DNA of 64,000 nucleotides from Kudoa neothunni. Taxonomy: Eukaryota; Animalia; Cnidaria. The DNA is taken from contig OZ199838.1 of NCBI GenBank assembly GCA_964304625.1, positions 3,622,440 through 3,686,439 of the forward strand, given 5' to 3'. The position numbers and the translations under genes were made by a program. The notes beneath the pieces are model-generated. The model saw only the letters and a list, made by a program, of their open reading frames with translations, searched no databases and was not told the DNA's origin. Positions 52,191 to 64,000 of the stretch are shown in pieces. How positions within the stretch are numbered: the first letter of the stretch is position 1; each line of letters opens with the position of its first letter.

Positions 52191-54158
52191 ATGTTTCTAT
52201 TATACCTTTTTCCGATTATAATTGGGTTAGTTCTAACGGACGATTTGTACAGGGTTAGCCAATTGCGAGATACTCCAACCCAAAATATCTATGTACTAGC
52301 TTGTTGGTTGTACAAAATATAAATTAGGCATACAGTACTATGTGAATGTGGTTTTGGAGATTTTTAAAAGCTGTATACGTATGTATAAAGTGAATATCAT
52401 TGGAGACCATAATTATACTATCGAACTAATGGATACAATTTACCGTAATATGTTTAGGTGTAGATATGTTGAGGCTAAAAATTATAAATTTGTAGTCCCT
52501 GACTATTTCGTCACAGTAAAGTACTCCAAAGGCAAATTTAAGACTATCTTGGAAGAAAATATCTTACAAATTCTCCAAAACAATGATATCAAGACAATTG
52601 GTGACTATGTTAGAATCAATGTACTCCAAACAGAGACGTCCATAATGAGGTTTTAAAAATGGTTCTGTTAATTATTTTCTAATTGATTAAAAGCGAAATT
52701 ATAAGCAAAAATTATTCCGAAGCGCTTCTTGAAATGAATTCCACTCAACCATTTATAGATAAAATAAGAATTATAACTCTTAAGTCAGTCGACAAAGCTT
52801 GGGCTTATTACATAGTGACGTTCGAAGAAAATGAAGTAGGTGCCTTTAAAAAGTTATCTGTAATTTTTAATTTTATTAAGTCAAAATGGAATGACTTTCT
52901 TGTCTATGTCGATGAAAATTCATTTGTGATTGGACTGCCCAATTTATCGTATGGGTTTGCACATTCTAACTATGCACTAAACCTCAATGTAACGTATATC
53001 GTTGGGACGAATTTTGAGTGTTATGGAATCAATATGCTAAAACATCGAATGTTCCGTTTGTTAATGGTGTCTTGGTATTATTTATTTTTATTTTTAATGT
53101 TTTAAAGGAAAAGCAATTTGAATCCCCAAGTGAAATCGTCCATCACCCGTGTTATCCTAATGTTACATTTGAGTTGGATAAGGAAGATGCATTAAAACAA
53201 GTTTGCCCTCTATGTTACATAGAAGGGCGTAATAACAAAGTCCTAAACAATTACAAAGTTGTGGGGGAATTAAATATAAGAAAATGCATGGCTTTAATTA
53301 TCAAGGCTTCTAATCATTTTTTTGAGGAAACCCCGTTGGATAATTGTGGTTATTACAGTTGGTTAAGTTTTATGGAAACCTTCAAAAATTCTAACCAGAG
53401 TGTATGACGATTTTTTAGTTACTAACTGGTCAAATATCCATAATCCCATTTTTAAATCAGCATTCTTTAGTTGGTTTTTGCTCAACCGGGACATAATACC
53501 TTAAATACAAATGGTTACGTAAAAATTAAAAATATTCTTCGTAGCAACATCAAAAAAGAATGCAATATGTCACTGAATGTATTCCTTGTTTATTATTCTA
53601 TATGTAATATCTAATAACATATTCAGGGTACAGATTTTGACGTCTGCTTTTCTGCAATCTATACCTATTTCATATTCAAATATAAAATCGGGACTGATTT
53701 ATATTATAAGGTTAGATTTATGAATATTTCGTTGTTTAGTTTAGTTAGAATTTTGAAATATTATGGGACAAGTTTCTTATATACGATGACTTTGGGCTAG
53801 AATTGAACCAAACTCTTATTCATAATCCTGGGCTTCACTCAACCATATACAGTTATATCAGTAAAATATACGAAGAAGAGCTTAATAAATCCAAAGTAAT
53901 AATAATTCCCGAATTTCCTGATGTATTGCATATTCCGTCACGATATGTACAGTCGTCATTCATTTTGGAGTAAGAAAATTAATTTTTAAAAGATTTTAAT
54001 TTACCTATAGGGGGATAAGAGACTTATGGAAACCCCTTTTAGCACTCTTCATGATTTTTCTTTTATATCTTTTAGTTGTTTCTTGTAAGAGATATAGAAA
54101 TGAAAACAAAGATTATCTTGAGGTTGGCAGTGGGAGTTTGCAAGAGATCAACGATTGA
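52191..54158 (+). CDS. CD39/GDA1 (E-NTPDase)-fold membrane protein, paralog B, with degenerate apyrase motifs
   Basis: Colinear with paralog A and same exon layout; IRIIT (CD39 ARIIT), NFECYG (SFLCYG), HHPCYP (DPCF), VVGELNIRKC (IQGIGNYQQC), KKEC, VCFSAIY (YCFSGTY); C-terminal TM LLALFMIFLLYLLVVSC. Confidence 0.8.
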
Positions 54159-54974
54159 GCTTCCAATATACCTTTTCACATTAATGCTATCTTTATACTG
54201 TTTCTTGTTATTGTTCTACAATCTAATTATATATTTTTTACAATCTCTCTATTTAATAGTAAAATGACAGTATTTAAATCAGTTGGTTGGCTAAACTTAA
54301 TCTTTTTTCGTATAAAATTTTATTTAAAACGTTTATATATTTTTCTATTTGGTTTCTAATTATTTTTGAAGAAAGCATATACTCTATTATTTTAAAAGGA
54401 TATAATTATTAAGTTTTTGTATTAATTATTCCAAGAACTTAAGATTGAAATATCAACTCCTTTCATTTTGGAGATGACTTCTTATTTTTAAAAAATATTT
54501 CGATGAAATTGTTCATTTATCTCGATATCACATAGGGTCGTTTGAAATGTATCTTGTGATAATGCGACACGCGCGGTATTAGGTAAAGATATAGAATATT
54601 AAAAGTTTACAAGTTATTCTCTCTTTAATTATTTAAATATTATCTTATATGAAAAAAAGCCTAATTAAAGTACATCACGTAGTTTTATAAGCTATACTAA
54701 AAGGATCGGGGAAGCGAGACATTACATATTTAAATGCTAACTTAATTAAAATTAGAAAATAGAAAATATTACTTCGTAAGATTTAACATTTCGCATATAA
54801 CAGCCGTGTTGCGATTATAATTGAAATTTATGTAACATTTTACATTATATATTTAAAAAATCATTTTATCTAAATTGTGGCAGTTTCTACCGAATCTTTC
54901 GCACGTAAAATCTAACATAAACACGAATAAACAAAGAAAATGAAGAATTCACAGCATGCACGTATACATTAGAC

Positions 54975-55045
54975 CAGTAGTTCTCAAAATTTAATTAAAA
55001 CTGAACCCTTTTTACATTATTTGTAATATAATGGAACCCTTATCT
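54975..55045 (+). mobile_element. End fragment of a Buster-type element
   Basis: cattagac + CAGTAGTTCTCAAAA with repeated GAACCCTT subterminal motifs; partner end not found. Confidence 0.5.
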
Positions 55046-55419
55046 AAATTATCCTCTTAAGGTTTTTATAATAAATTTGAATGGCCTAATACTCCTCGTC
55101 ATAAGCAAAAATTTTATTTGTTACACAATAACCAAAAGTGTAATAACAAAAAATTATTTTAATAAAGAAAATAATTAAAAAAACACAGTAAATCGGAACA
55201 AATTCTTTTTTTTTAAATTGGAGATGGCAGATCGTTCAATCGCGAGTTGATTTATTTCTGCCTCTTCTTTAGATGATGTTATACATAACTTTTCTAACCA
55301 TTGCTCCCATTGTCGATAAAATCAATATATTCAAAATTATGATTAGTATACAATTATAATTTAAACTAGATCATCTTATTTTTTCGACAGTTCAAAAGTG
55401 ACGGTTCTAACGGCGCTAT

Positions 55420-55940
55420 GTATATTCGACATAGTACCCAGTTACGAAAAAGCAATAATAGAGTCTAAAAAGCACATTATAGCAACTATAGAAGAGAAAA
55501 TAAGTCAGTTGGCTAAAAATGCACTGAAGGAGTTAAGTAGAGATAGAGATGCTGTCGTACTCAACAGTTTGAGAAAACTAGAGCCCGCCCTAAAATATAC
55601 AGAGAGCGCATCGATAAGCTAATAGAGGACGAGAAAGGCCAGGAATATGGAAACTATGCCAACGTCTTGAAGAATTCAGAAATGCTTTTGTGCGATATAG
55701 AGAAAGCGCTAGAATTAAACGGAATGGAAGAGTATTCTACTGCGATTAAACAAACGTAATTTCTTAGCTCATTGGATTCCACTCACGTAAACCGCCAGAA
55801 AGATAATGCAGCACAATTGCGCCTACCATCAATTTCATTAAAAGAGTTTGGTGGAAAAGCTGGCAGGTGGACATAGTTTTGGGTAAACTTTTAAAATTTG
55901 GTTGATTAAAACAGTGATTTAAATGATCATTCCAAACCCT
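55420..55940 (+). mobile_element. BEL/Pao LTR retrotransposon gag relic (DUF1759-like)
   Basis: Coiled-coil region followed by LRLPSISLKEFGGKAGRW..FW..F..LVD, with in-frame stops. Confidence 0.7.
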
Positions 55941-56989
55941 GACGTCACCTAATTGTTTCTAATGGATAACACCACAATCTAATGGGTTGCTCATACGGTT
56001 CCATATTGTTAAAATTAGCCCAATTGTTATCCATAATTAATAGATCATCAAAACATTTAATAATTTTACAATATTTTATGAAGGAAGTTTATTCATTATC
56101 CACAAAACATACAAGTTGTTTGTAAATCCTTTAAAAAAATTAATTGAATTTTTTTAGTTAGTTATATTCGGAAAGATCGATTAATCAAGAAAATCTACAA
56201 AAATTAATATTATTAAATTAATTCAATTGATCTTATATTTAGATAAGTTTATAACCAATTCAAGTTTCTAAGAAGATTGTCTTATGTGGCTGAATTATAA
56301 AAAAATTCAATATTTAAACAAAATAGTTGAGATGGAAAGAAATTCAAGAATGGTCTAATACTCCAAAAAGAAATAATCTTGTTATTACATAATGGAAATG
56401 ACTATTATTTATCAAATCATTATTTTTATCAATGGATTACACCCAGAACTAATTACAAGAAATCTATAAATAAATAATTATAACTACAACATATTGAATC
56501 AAATTGTAAAACTTCGTTACTTTAATTAAAATATTTTATAGCATATATCTTTTCCGGAATTTAATATCATTTCGTCAACTAAATACTTAATCGAAAATAT
56601 ATGGTTTTTATGGGTTACTATGTGAATATAAATATGTTGTAATGTACGGACTAATTTTAAAGAAATATATATTATTAATATATTTTTTAAATTAATAAGA
56701 AATATAAATCTTTTAATAAATTAAATAGATGCAAAATTTAAGACTACCGATGAAGTTTAGAAAATCGGAGGACATTAGCTAATCTTTTTTTTTCAAGCCG
56801 GGGATTGCAATCGGGATATTATTGTTGATAAGGACAATATTTGTTTGGGGGAGATAATTTTGACGTTCACGCATTGCCGACTATTTAAATCTGCTAAATA
56901 GTCAGAAATAATAAGAAAGTCGAACAACATGACAAAATGTTTTATTAGAAGCACGGTTGTTAATATTATTGGTATTGGATTATTGGATA

Positions 56990-57380
56990 AATAAAATAAT
57001 TATATATAGCATTAGTTGGCATAATTATTCAAGGCATACATACAATCAGTCATCCAATTGCTGAGGTATACATAAATTAAAATATCGATTAACAAATTAT
57101 TAGTTGCCGTATTCATCGATCATTAATTATACAAGAATATTGGAAGCTGGATACATCGTTTGGTTTGATCAATATGTAGATAACTTGAAATCTGACCATA
57201 TTATTCCCTCGAATATATCTGTAGTTATAAAACTACCATAGCAATTTAATTTCGTTGGATAGGTCGATTTGAAAAATGCCATGATCAGATTTTACAGGGA
57301 AAAGTTACGGGCTTATTTGAGTGAAGAAAATTTCTGTAGCGAATTCGCCACCTGCTCCCATACAAATAATAGTGGTAAAA
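56990..57380 (-). mobile_element. Possible pogo-type DDE transposase relic
   Basis: TTIICMGAGGEF and IMPTNA fragments in a plausible order; very decayed. Confidence 0.3.
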
Positions 57381-60300
57381 ATAGGTTCAAATTATCAATA
57401 ATAACTTATGTATAAAATATAGTATTAAATGTGAATTTTGATTGCTTATCTTGTCATATTATGGTAAGTTCATTGGGATTATTGACATATTTGATTTAAT
57501 GGTAAGGGTTCAAGTGTCCCCTTATCCAAAATAGGGGGTTCACAATTTTGGAGACATTTTTCCACCTACATATGTAGACATGCTAGTGTTTATCGCAACA
57601 ATATGGTAAAAATGATTTTTTGATTTCACTATCTAATACCAAGAATTATAGTGTCGTCTTTTTATTGAAACTTTCATGAAATATAACATCGAATCCAGTG
57701 CTTACTTGTCTACCTCAGATATGTGTTCTATTATCGGCAGTTGCACAAAAAAATATCATAATCATAGGAATAAATAAAAAACTTATTTTATTTTAAATAA
57801 CTATATCTTGCGTAAATAATCACGATAATTTTTTGTATTGTTGATGATTAGAATAAATTTTTTTTACTACAAACTTTCTTCCCTATTAAAAGCCATCGAT
57901 TGAATATTTTTTTTGATGCTTGAAATGAAATTAAATGATTAAACTGTAATATTCCTTCTTTAAACCTGTAAGAGAAATACAGTGGTGTATTTTTTTTGAA
58001 TAGGGGTCAAACGCCACTTGTAACAAACTATTAATTACTGCCTTAAAAGTTTTTAATTTAACTTATAAAGGAGAGAAAATAAAAAATATTAAGAAATTAT
58101 TAATATTTATAAATTAAATTAAATATTATAACTAACTCTATGCGTAATGGGCTCATCACGTAGTATCGTATGGGATTAATGAAAAATAATGAACGAAGAA
58201 ACAAATTAAAATAACTAAATACATCTTATATTGTTCAAAAATTATAAATTATTGCTTCTAACTGGCAATAATGGAAATTCCAAACTTAACAAATTAAATA
58301 CAGTACGATCTCGATATTGTGGGTTTCGATATAGGGTAGTTGGCATTTTTATTTAATTTCCGTATATAAAAATTTGAATTTTTCGATGTTAATGATTATT
58401 AAATCTAGTAATCTATCCACAAAAATGATATTATCTTTATTTTACGCAATTTTTGTAAAATTAAGAGTCTTGCTATTGGGTAATGCTTACTTCTAATTTT
58501 AATTCGACTAACCCACTAGATCTCACCTTGGGACGTTCGGCATGGTGAGAGAACAAAGAAGTTTAGATATGAAAATTGAAGTCATTCAATACTATTAGTA
58601 AATTAAATTAATATCAAATTTTAGAAAATGACTCTAGAATGTTATGGAATATCACGTATTCCCTCGTTGTTAGTTTTATTCAAATTAAAAAGCAGAATAT
58701 TATATTAAATTTTATTGTTTTATAAATCATTCCGTGGGAATATTTATCTTATTGTATGTATTTTATAAGGTGAATGGGCCAAATAGTTATACTACACCTT
58801 GGTTTCATGTGGGTTTTATTGATAAAAATTAGTTATATTAAAGTACATTTTTGAATTAATGAAACATAATTTATATTCTGCATTTATAGGCGATATTTTT
58901 GGAAAAAACGCATCCGGCAAAATAGACACAGCAGCCGAAACTGTACGTTGGTTTATTTCGAGGTGTTGATAATCGAAATGATTTTTTAATACAAATCATT
59001 TTGATGCTTCCTGTGTAAGTAGAATAGTTGTTTTAGGTTAAGTATATCAATAGGGGGAATAATTGATTTGTGAAACCCTTGTTACATCACTAACGCAAAT
59101 AAAACTTTATTGAAACAAACAGACATTTATTGAATATTTACACTATATTACAAGCAAATATCAATTTGATAACGAAAGATAATAAAAAAATAACAACTCC
59201 AACTTTGTTCGTGTGCACACTGAGCGACCGAAACCTATGCCGTAGTCAACATAAACCAAAAATAGGTCCAAATTTTTCAATTTAATAGAATAAATTCAAT
59301 TAGAAAATTACTTTAGTGACAACATTGACACGAATAGCGTTATATTCGCTTCCTCTAAAATTAATTGGAAGACTGATTCTGTCCATGGTGAGAATTTTAT
59401 AATTTCTGGGAAATTTAACGGCCATTCCAACGTCAACTACCGTTCCTTACCTATTGGATCATGCAATTTTCGAAAATTTTAAAAATATCTACAAAATTGT
59501 CTTATAAATTCATTTAAGAATTAAATTAAAACTAAAGAGATTGATAAAATTGTTTTATATATCTTAGTAGTGACTTGTTTAATGTTATATAATTGAAGTA
59601 TAAATATGGAACTTTTATGAGATATTTTGAAGAGTTGTTTTACACTAGCAGATCTACTAATCACTGATATTGTAGATGATCCTATGAAAGAGAACATCAT
59701 TCAGTATATAAAGAATATGCATTTAATGGAAAAGAATTAAATATCTATTTCAGGTACAATTAATGAAAGAGGATCCTATTTTAACTTTGGTCTGCACAGT
59801 CGGAACAAAATTTTCTCCTCTCCCGATTTAATCTATGCATTTCTTAATATACGCCTTAAAAATATTTTATTTCATTTCTAATTAAAATTTCAACTAATGG
59901 AGTCAGAAAAAGTTTCCAAATTTTTAGTTTTAAAATTATTTATACATTTAAATTCACGCTAAATTAAAAATCACGTTTCCATCTCTTTTAAAATTATTCA
60001 GAATTTCTCAAAAAATGAAGCAACGTGATTTTTTGCAATTGATTTTAAAGTCGAATAAATTAACATTTTTGATATTGATTCATTCTTTTAAAATACAAGG
60101 GAATTCAATTTATGAGTAAAACTAAGGAAATTCGTCAAAAAGAAAATTATATCTATGCTCAACACTTAAGTGTAGAAAACTTGGGAAGGATCCGCTTGAA
60201 TATCTGAGTATTTAGCTTAAAAATACATGTAATATTCAAATAATATTAATTAACAATTTATTACAATATGAATAATTTATATATTTATTGTTTAAACAGA

Positions 60301-60867
60301 TATTTACTTTTATATCGCTTTGTTGATAACGTAAATTAATTCACTTTCTATCCAATTTTCACTTTTATTAATTTAAGCAAATGAAAATATCTATTAGAAT
60401 ATTATTAAATCAATTTATTTACGAATTATTATATTTTTAACAAATTAATCAAAAAAAATAAATAATATTTTTAATTTTTTCTCAAAATTTACAGTATAAT
60501 TTATTTTATCTATTGATTCTATCTAAATGTCGTATAACAGGTGTCGACTAATATTATTACTATTAAATTATTACATCTCTAATGCATCATTGCTCAATCA
60601 AGTGCATGAATTTTTGAAAAATTATCTAACAAAAATTTAGAAAATTGCAAAAAATGTCTAACTCAATTTAAATTGATAACAGAAAAACAAAAAGGAGAAT
60701 TTATGTAATTTTCTCCTCCAAATACAATGAGCATTAAAAATTCAACCAATAAATAGTTACGCTTTACAGACTGACATTTTATATTTATTTAAAGCTAATT
60801 ATAGATTATATAAATTAATATTATACCTTATTAAAAGTAGATAATTTTACTCAAAATATCACCCTAG

Positions 60868-60893
60868 TTTATTTTGCGCAGGCGCAAAATAAA
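60868..60893. promoter_or_regulatory. NRF1-like palindrome just upstream of POP1
   Basis: TTTATTTTGCGC-AG-GCGCAAAATAAA: 12-bp perfect arms around TGCGCAGGCGCA, ~20 bp before the ATG in ACCACCATGG. Confidence 0.6.
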
Positions 60894-60912
60894 AAACCTA
60901 AAAAGAACCACC

Positions 60913-63262
60913 ATGGATGAAAATAAATTTATCCGCGGAATAGCTCCCATGGAGTTTGCAATGAATAGATCACTCGAACTTTACAACCTAGTTCAAGTAT
61001 TTTGGAGATATAACAATGTCTCGTTATATAGTTGAATTTAGCGTCTAAAACGCACATGTTCTTCAAGATTAGCCATTCAAAGATTACCATGTCATTTGAG
61101 ACGACGAAGTTCCAGTTATAAATCTCATAAGTTGCCTCTTCGTAGAGTCGGGAAAGCTTTTAGTCATGGAGGTTACAACGTGGTTGCCAAGGTAACCATA
61201 TTTATTGATTTTTCTTCTGCGAAATAATTTCTATGTTAAGCGACGAAAAAAGTCTCGTATAGTTCAACTATATGGAAAAAGACGTCGTAGATATTGTCGA
61301 ATGAAGTATTTTAAAAAAACGTTGCTGTCTCGATCGAAAACCACGAAAAAGCAAACCTTTTTGAATAGCGGCAAGTTTCTACCATTAACGACTCATCTGT
61401 TTTACGCGAAGCGTTTTCGAATGGTTAAATATACCAATTGGATTTATAGTTTGCCATTCGGTTGTATGTTCAAAACATACAGACCTTCATGCCGCGCACT
61501 TTTAGGATATAGCGTTTTGATAGTAAGCTACACTTAAACAAGTGCTTAATTGATTATTTTTTCCTTTTAAGGATATGAGCTACTTGACGCAGTTTCAGAT
61601 ATGTTCTAATAACAGTGATATTATCAAATTTTTTAAAACCTACACAGATGATAGAATTGGAAGTGATATTGAAAGTAAGATATGTGCTGATGGGCTGTGT
61701 GAAGGGGAGAACAATTCTTTATGCAAATGTAAATAATGAAGATACTAGCCGAGCAGTTGCAGGTCCTATCAAATATAGCGTTTCGATTAGAAGTGAGGAA
61801 ACCAAAATTGTGGATTTGGTGTCATCCTTGCTGCACCAAATCAGTTGACAATCTATTAAATGAATACTACTCCGCAAACCCTTACTACAGTTATGAGTTG
61901 TTATCAGTTCAGCATAAATTCAATCGGTATCGATTGATAGGTCCTCAGTCGTTGGAGATACTTTTTGACACTCTTCTCGCTTGTACTTTGCAGAAGTCGA
62001 CCCAAATTATTAAAGATGAGGATTTGTTAGCAGGTCAGCTTTGGAATAGTCGAAAAACCGATGGTCGATTGGTGTATAATCTGCTAGTGCAGTTGTCACT
62101 TGTTAAAAAACCCAAAACCAACCATCAAAAAGTATCTCTCACCTTCAAAAAAACCACTAATCAAAACATGACATCGGCCAATCCCCGTAGTGATATGATT
62201 ACCTTTCATTCAAAATTCAAAGGCATTATCACTATCAACGATCAAAAATACATTCCTGTTAGTGTGGTGTTGAATCACCGGTTTGATCGGTTGCAGAATC
62301 ATGTGGATATTGTGGTGAGAGATTCGATAGGTGGCAGGCGTTTGTGGAACGCGCTGCTAAATAGGAATGTATGTGTTGGTGGTTTGCGTGAATTACAAAC
62401 CTATTTCTATAATTATCATCAGCCTTTATTTCCTTACGATTATCCTGATTGTGTTGATTATCGTCAATCCACATTCGATTACTATGTCACTGAATGTATG
62501 AAGTTGAAAAAGAATCAGCGAATGCCACCTCGAAGACGCATCAACTTTACCAATCTGCGCCAAATAGAACACGAATCACTTTTGTTCTGTAATAAAAAAT
62601 GGGTTGACGAATGGAAAGCTGCAACAATCGAATATTTAGAAGATTGTTTTCTATCTATTCCTACTCAACTACCTTCAACTTTGGAATTAGATATTCAGAA
62701 TGATAATTCAACATTAAAGGTTTGTAGAAATGGTTTTCTTTTGAATAGTTTGGCCGAATATTTCTCCGGGGTAAGTGATAGTACCGTTACCCTGTGTGCG
62801 ATTAACGAATATACGAGTGAGTGTGATAGTGCTTCAACATTAGTTTTTGTCAATTTTGATCATGTTAACCTTCGAGGCTGCCCCCAATCGTTGGCCACTA
62901 TCCACCTGCCCACTTTCCCGGTTTTATCCAGAGAAATTAAGGAAAGTGACTGTTTGGATAAAAATTTTAGAAAATATGATTGCTATACTAAAAACCGATT
63001 TTCAATCGATATGAATTGGCCTTTTATTATCATTGGTCAATGTACTGCTGGAAGTTATTCGTATCGATTTGGATATCCTACTGCTCAAGGTTTTATCTCG
63101 TTGAAAGCATTGCATTTAATTATTCAACTGGAATTAACTAAAACCAAAGTTGGTGGTGCACCCGATAGAAACTACAGAAATACAGTCCTTTTACGAAATC
63201 GCGGTTCAGATCGTTATTTACGTTCCTACTTCTCTATACCATTGCCTAGTTACCAACTGTGA
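60913..63262 (+). CDS. POP1: RNase P/MRP protein subunit POP1, 4 predicted exons
   Basis: QRLPCHLRRR, LTTHLFYAKRFRM, DMSY, LWIWCHP, NRYRLIGP, GGLRE, FPYDYPDC, PPRRRINF, IIGQCTAGSYS..AQGFIS and VLLRN, all POP1 motifs in order. Confidence 0.93.
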
Positions 63263-64000
63263 TATATTATTGATTTTGTTGTTATTTTAATTCTCGCCCT
63301 TCTCTCTACTCTTATTATTATTAATTTTATTCTTATTTATTGTTTATACTTTATGATAATTAATGATAATGATAAGCTGTTTTGGTTCGCAAAAATAATA
63401 TGCAATAGGCCCGATAATAATAGTTTGTTTATAAATACAATATTATCATCAATAATATTTTTGTTGTTAGGTTTGTAATATTATAACAAATACATTGTGA
63501 GAAGAATCTATTTTTCAATACCTAAGTTATGGAAGAAATGTAGGGAACGGTAGAGAATTCTTCGTAACTTTTAACATAAACTGATGTTGGTGGGAAGAAA
63601 GACGCGTATATATTTAAGATTAGGGGTGGTGTTTGTTGTTGATATGACTGTTAAGTATAATTTTTCCGTCTTTATGGCCTATAAGATTATCTCGATAATG
63701 ATGGCTAATCCGTTAGATGGCTCCTTTGACTGTGCTTATGTGGCTATTTTACCGTTATCTCTTATTAGTATTAAGGTTCTTTTTAGTTGATCTGTTTATG
63801 ATCAATTAAGGAATTAACGTATATGAGGTCCTAAATTGAGTATATCTGTCGAAATAACACCATTTATTTTTAGATTAAAATATTTAACCACAAAAACAAT
63901 GTCCAACTCATACACATCCGATAATAAGTCAATAAGATGATCGTCTTAACTCCAAATATTAAGGTAACTATTTCCGCAAAGAAAATCCACATAATTAAAC

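Noticed and set aside
57505-59000. Further MITE-like ends (57509-58022; CAGTACGATCTCGATA at 58301)
   Set aside because: Partner ends too degenerate to set boundaries
63584-64000. 68-aa plus-strand ORF, or the 3' end of a minus-strand gene
   Set aside because: No recognisable homology; truncated by the window edge
1-64000. CRISPR arrays, operons, tRNA/rRNA genes, prokaryotic defence systems
   Set aside because: The sequence is intron-rich eukaryotic DNA; I saw no repeat-spacer arrays or structural RNA signatures

Overview
Eukaryotic (metazoan) nuclear DNA, very AT-rich, with mostly ~38-60 nt GT-AG introns, so the supplied ORFs are exon fragments and I rebuilt the genes by manual splicing. 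Recognisable genes: a BACE-type aspartic protease (-), ATP synthase subunit d (-), a p107/p130-type retinoblastoma-family gene (+), a head-to-head MRPL20 (-)/TIMM29 (+) pair, a divergent ankyrin (ANK repeats-ZU5-ZU5-UPA, no C-terminal death domain), a probable secreted saposin-like gene, two tandem divergent CD39/NTPDase-fold membrane proteins, and POP1 (+). Intergenic DNA and a few giant introns hold decayed transposons (hAT-Buster and its MITEs, piggyBac, another hAT, MULE, Helitron, Tc1/pogo MITEs, BEL/Pao gag, possibly Penelope). The best candidate for a novel system is the NTPDase-like pair: fold landmarks, cysteines and apparently intron positions are kept, but all five apyrase conserved regions (ACRs) are degenerate, suggesting a family of catalytically dead surface proteins. 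Tiny introns and fast-evolving proteins suggest a reduced or parasitic animal lineage, but the organism cannot be identified from this window. All homology calls come from motif recognition by eye against remembered reference sequences; no searches were run.
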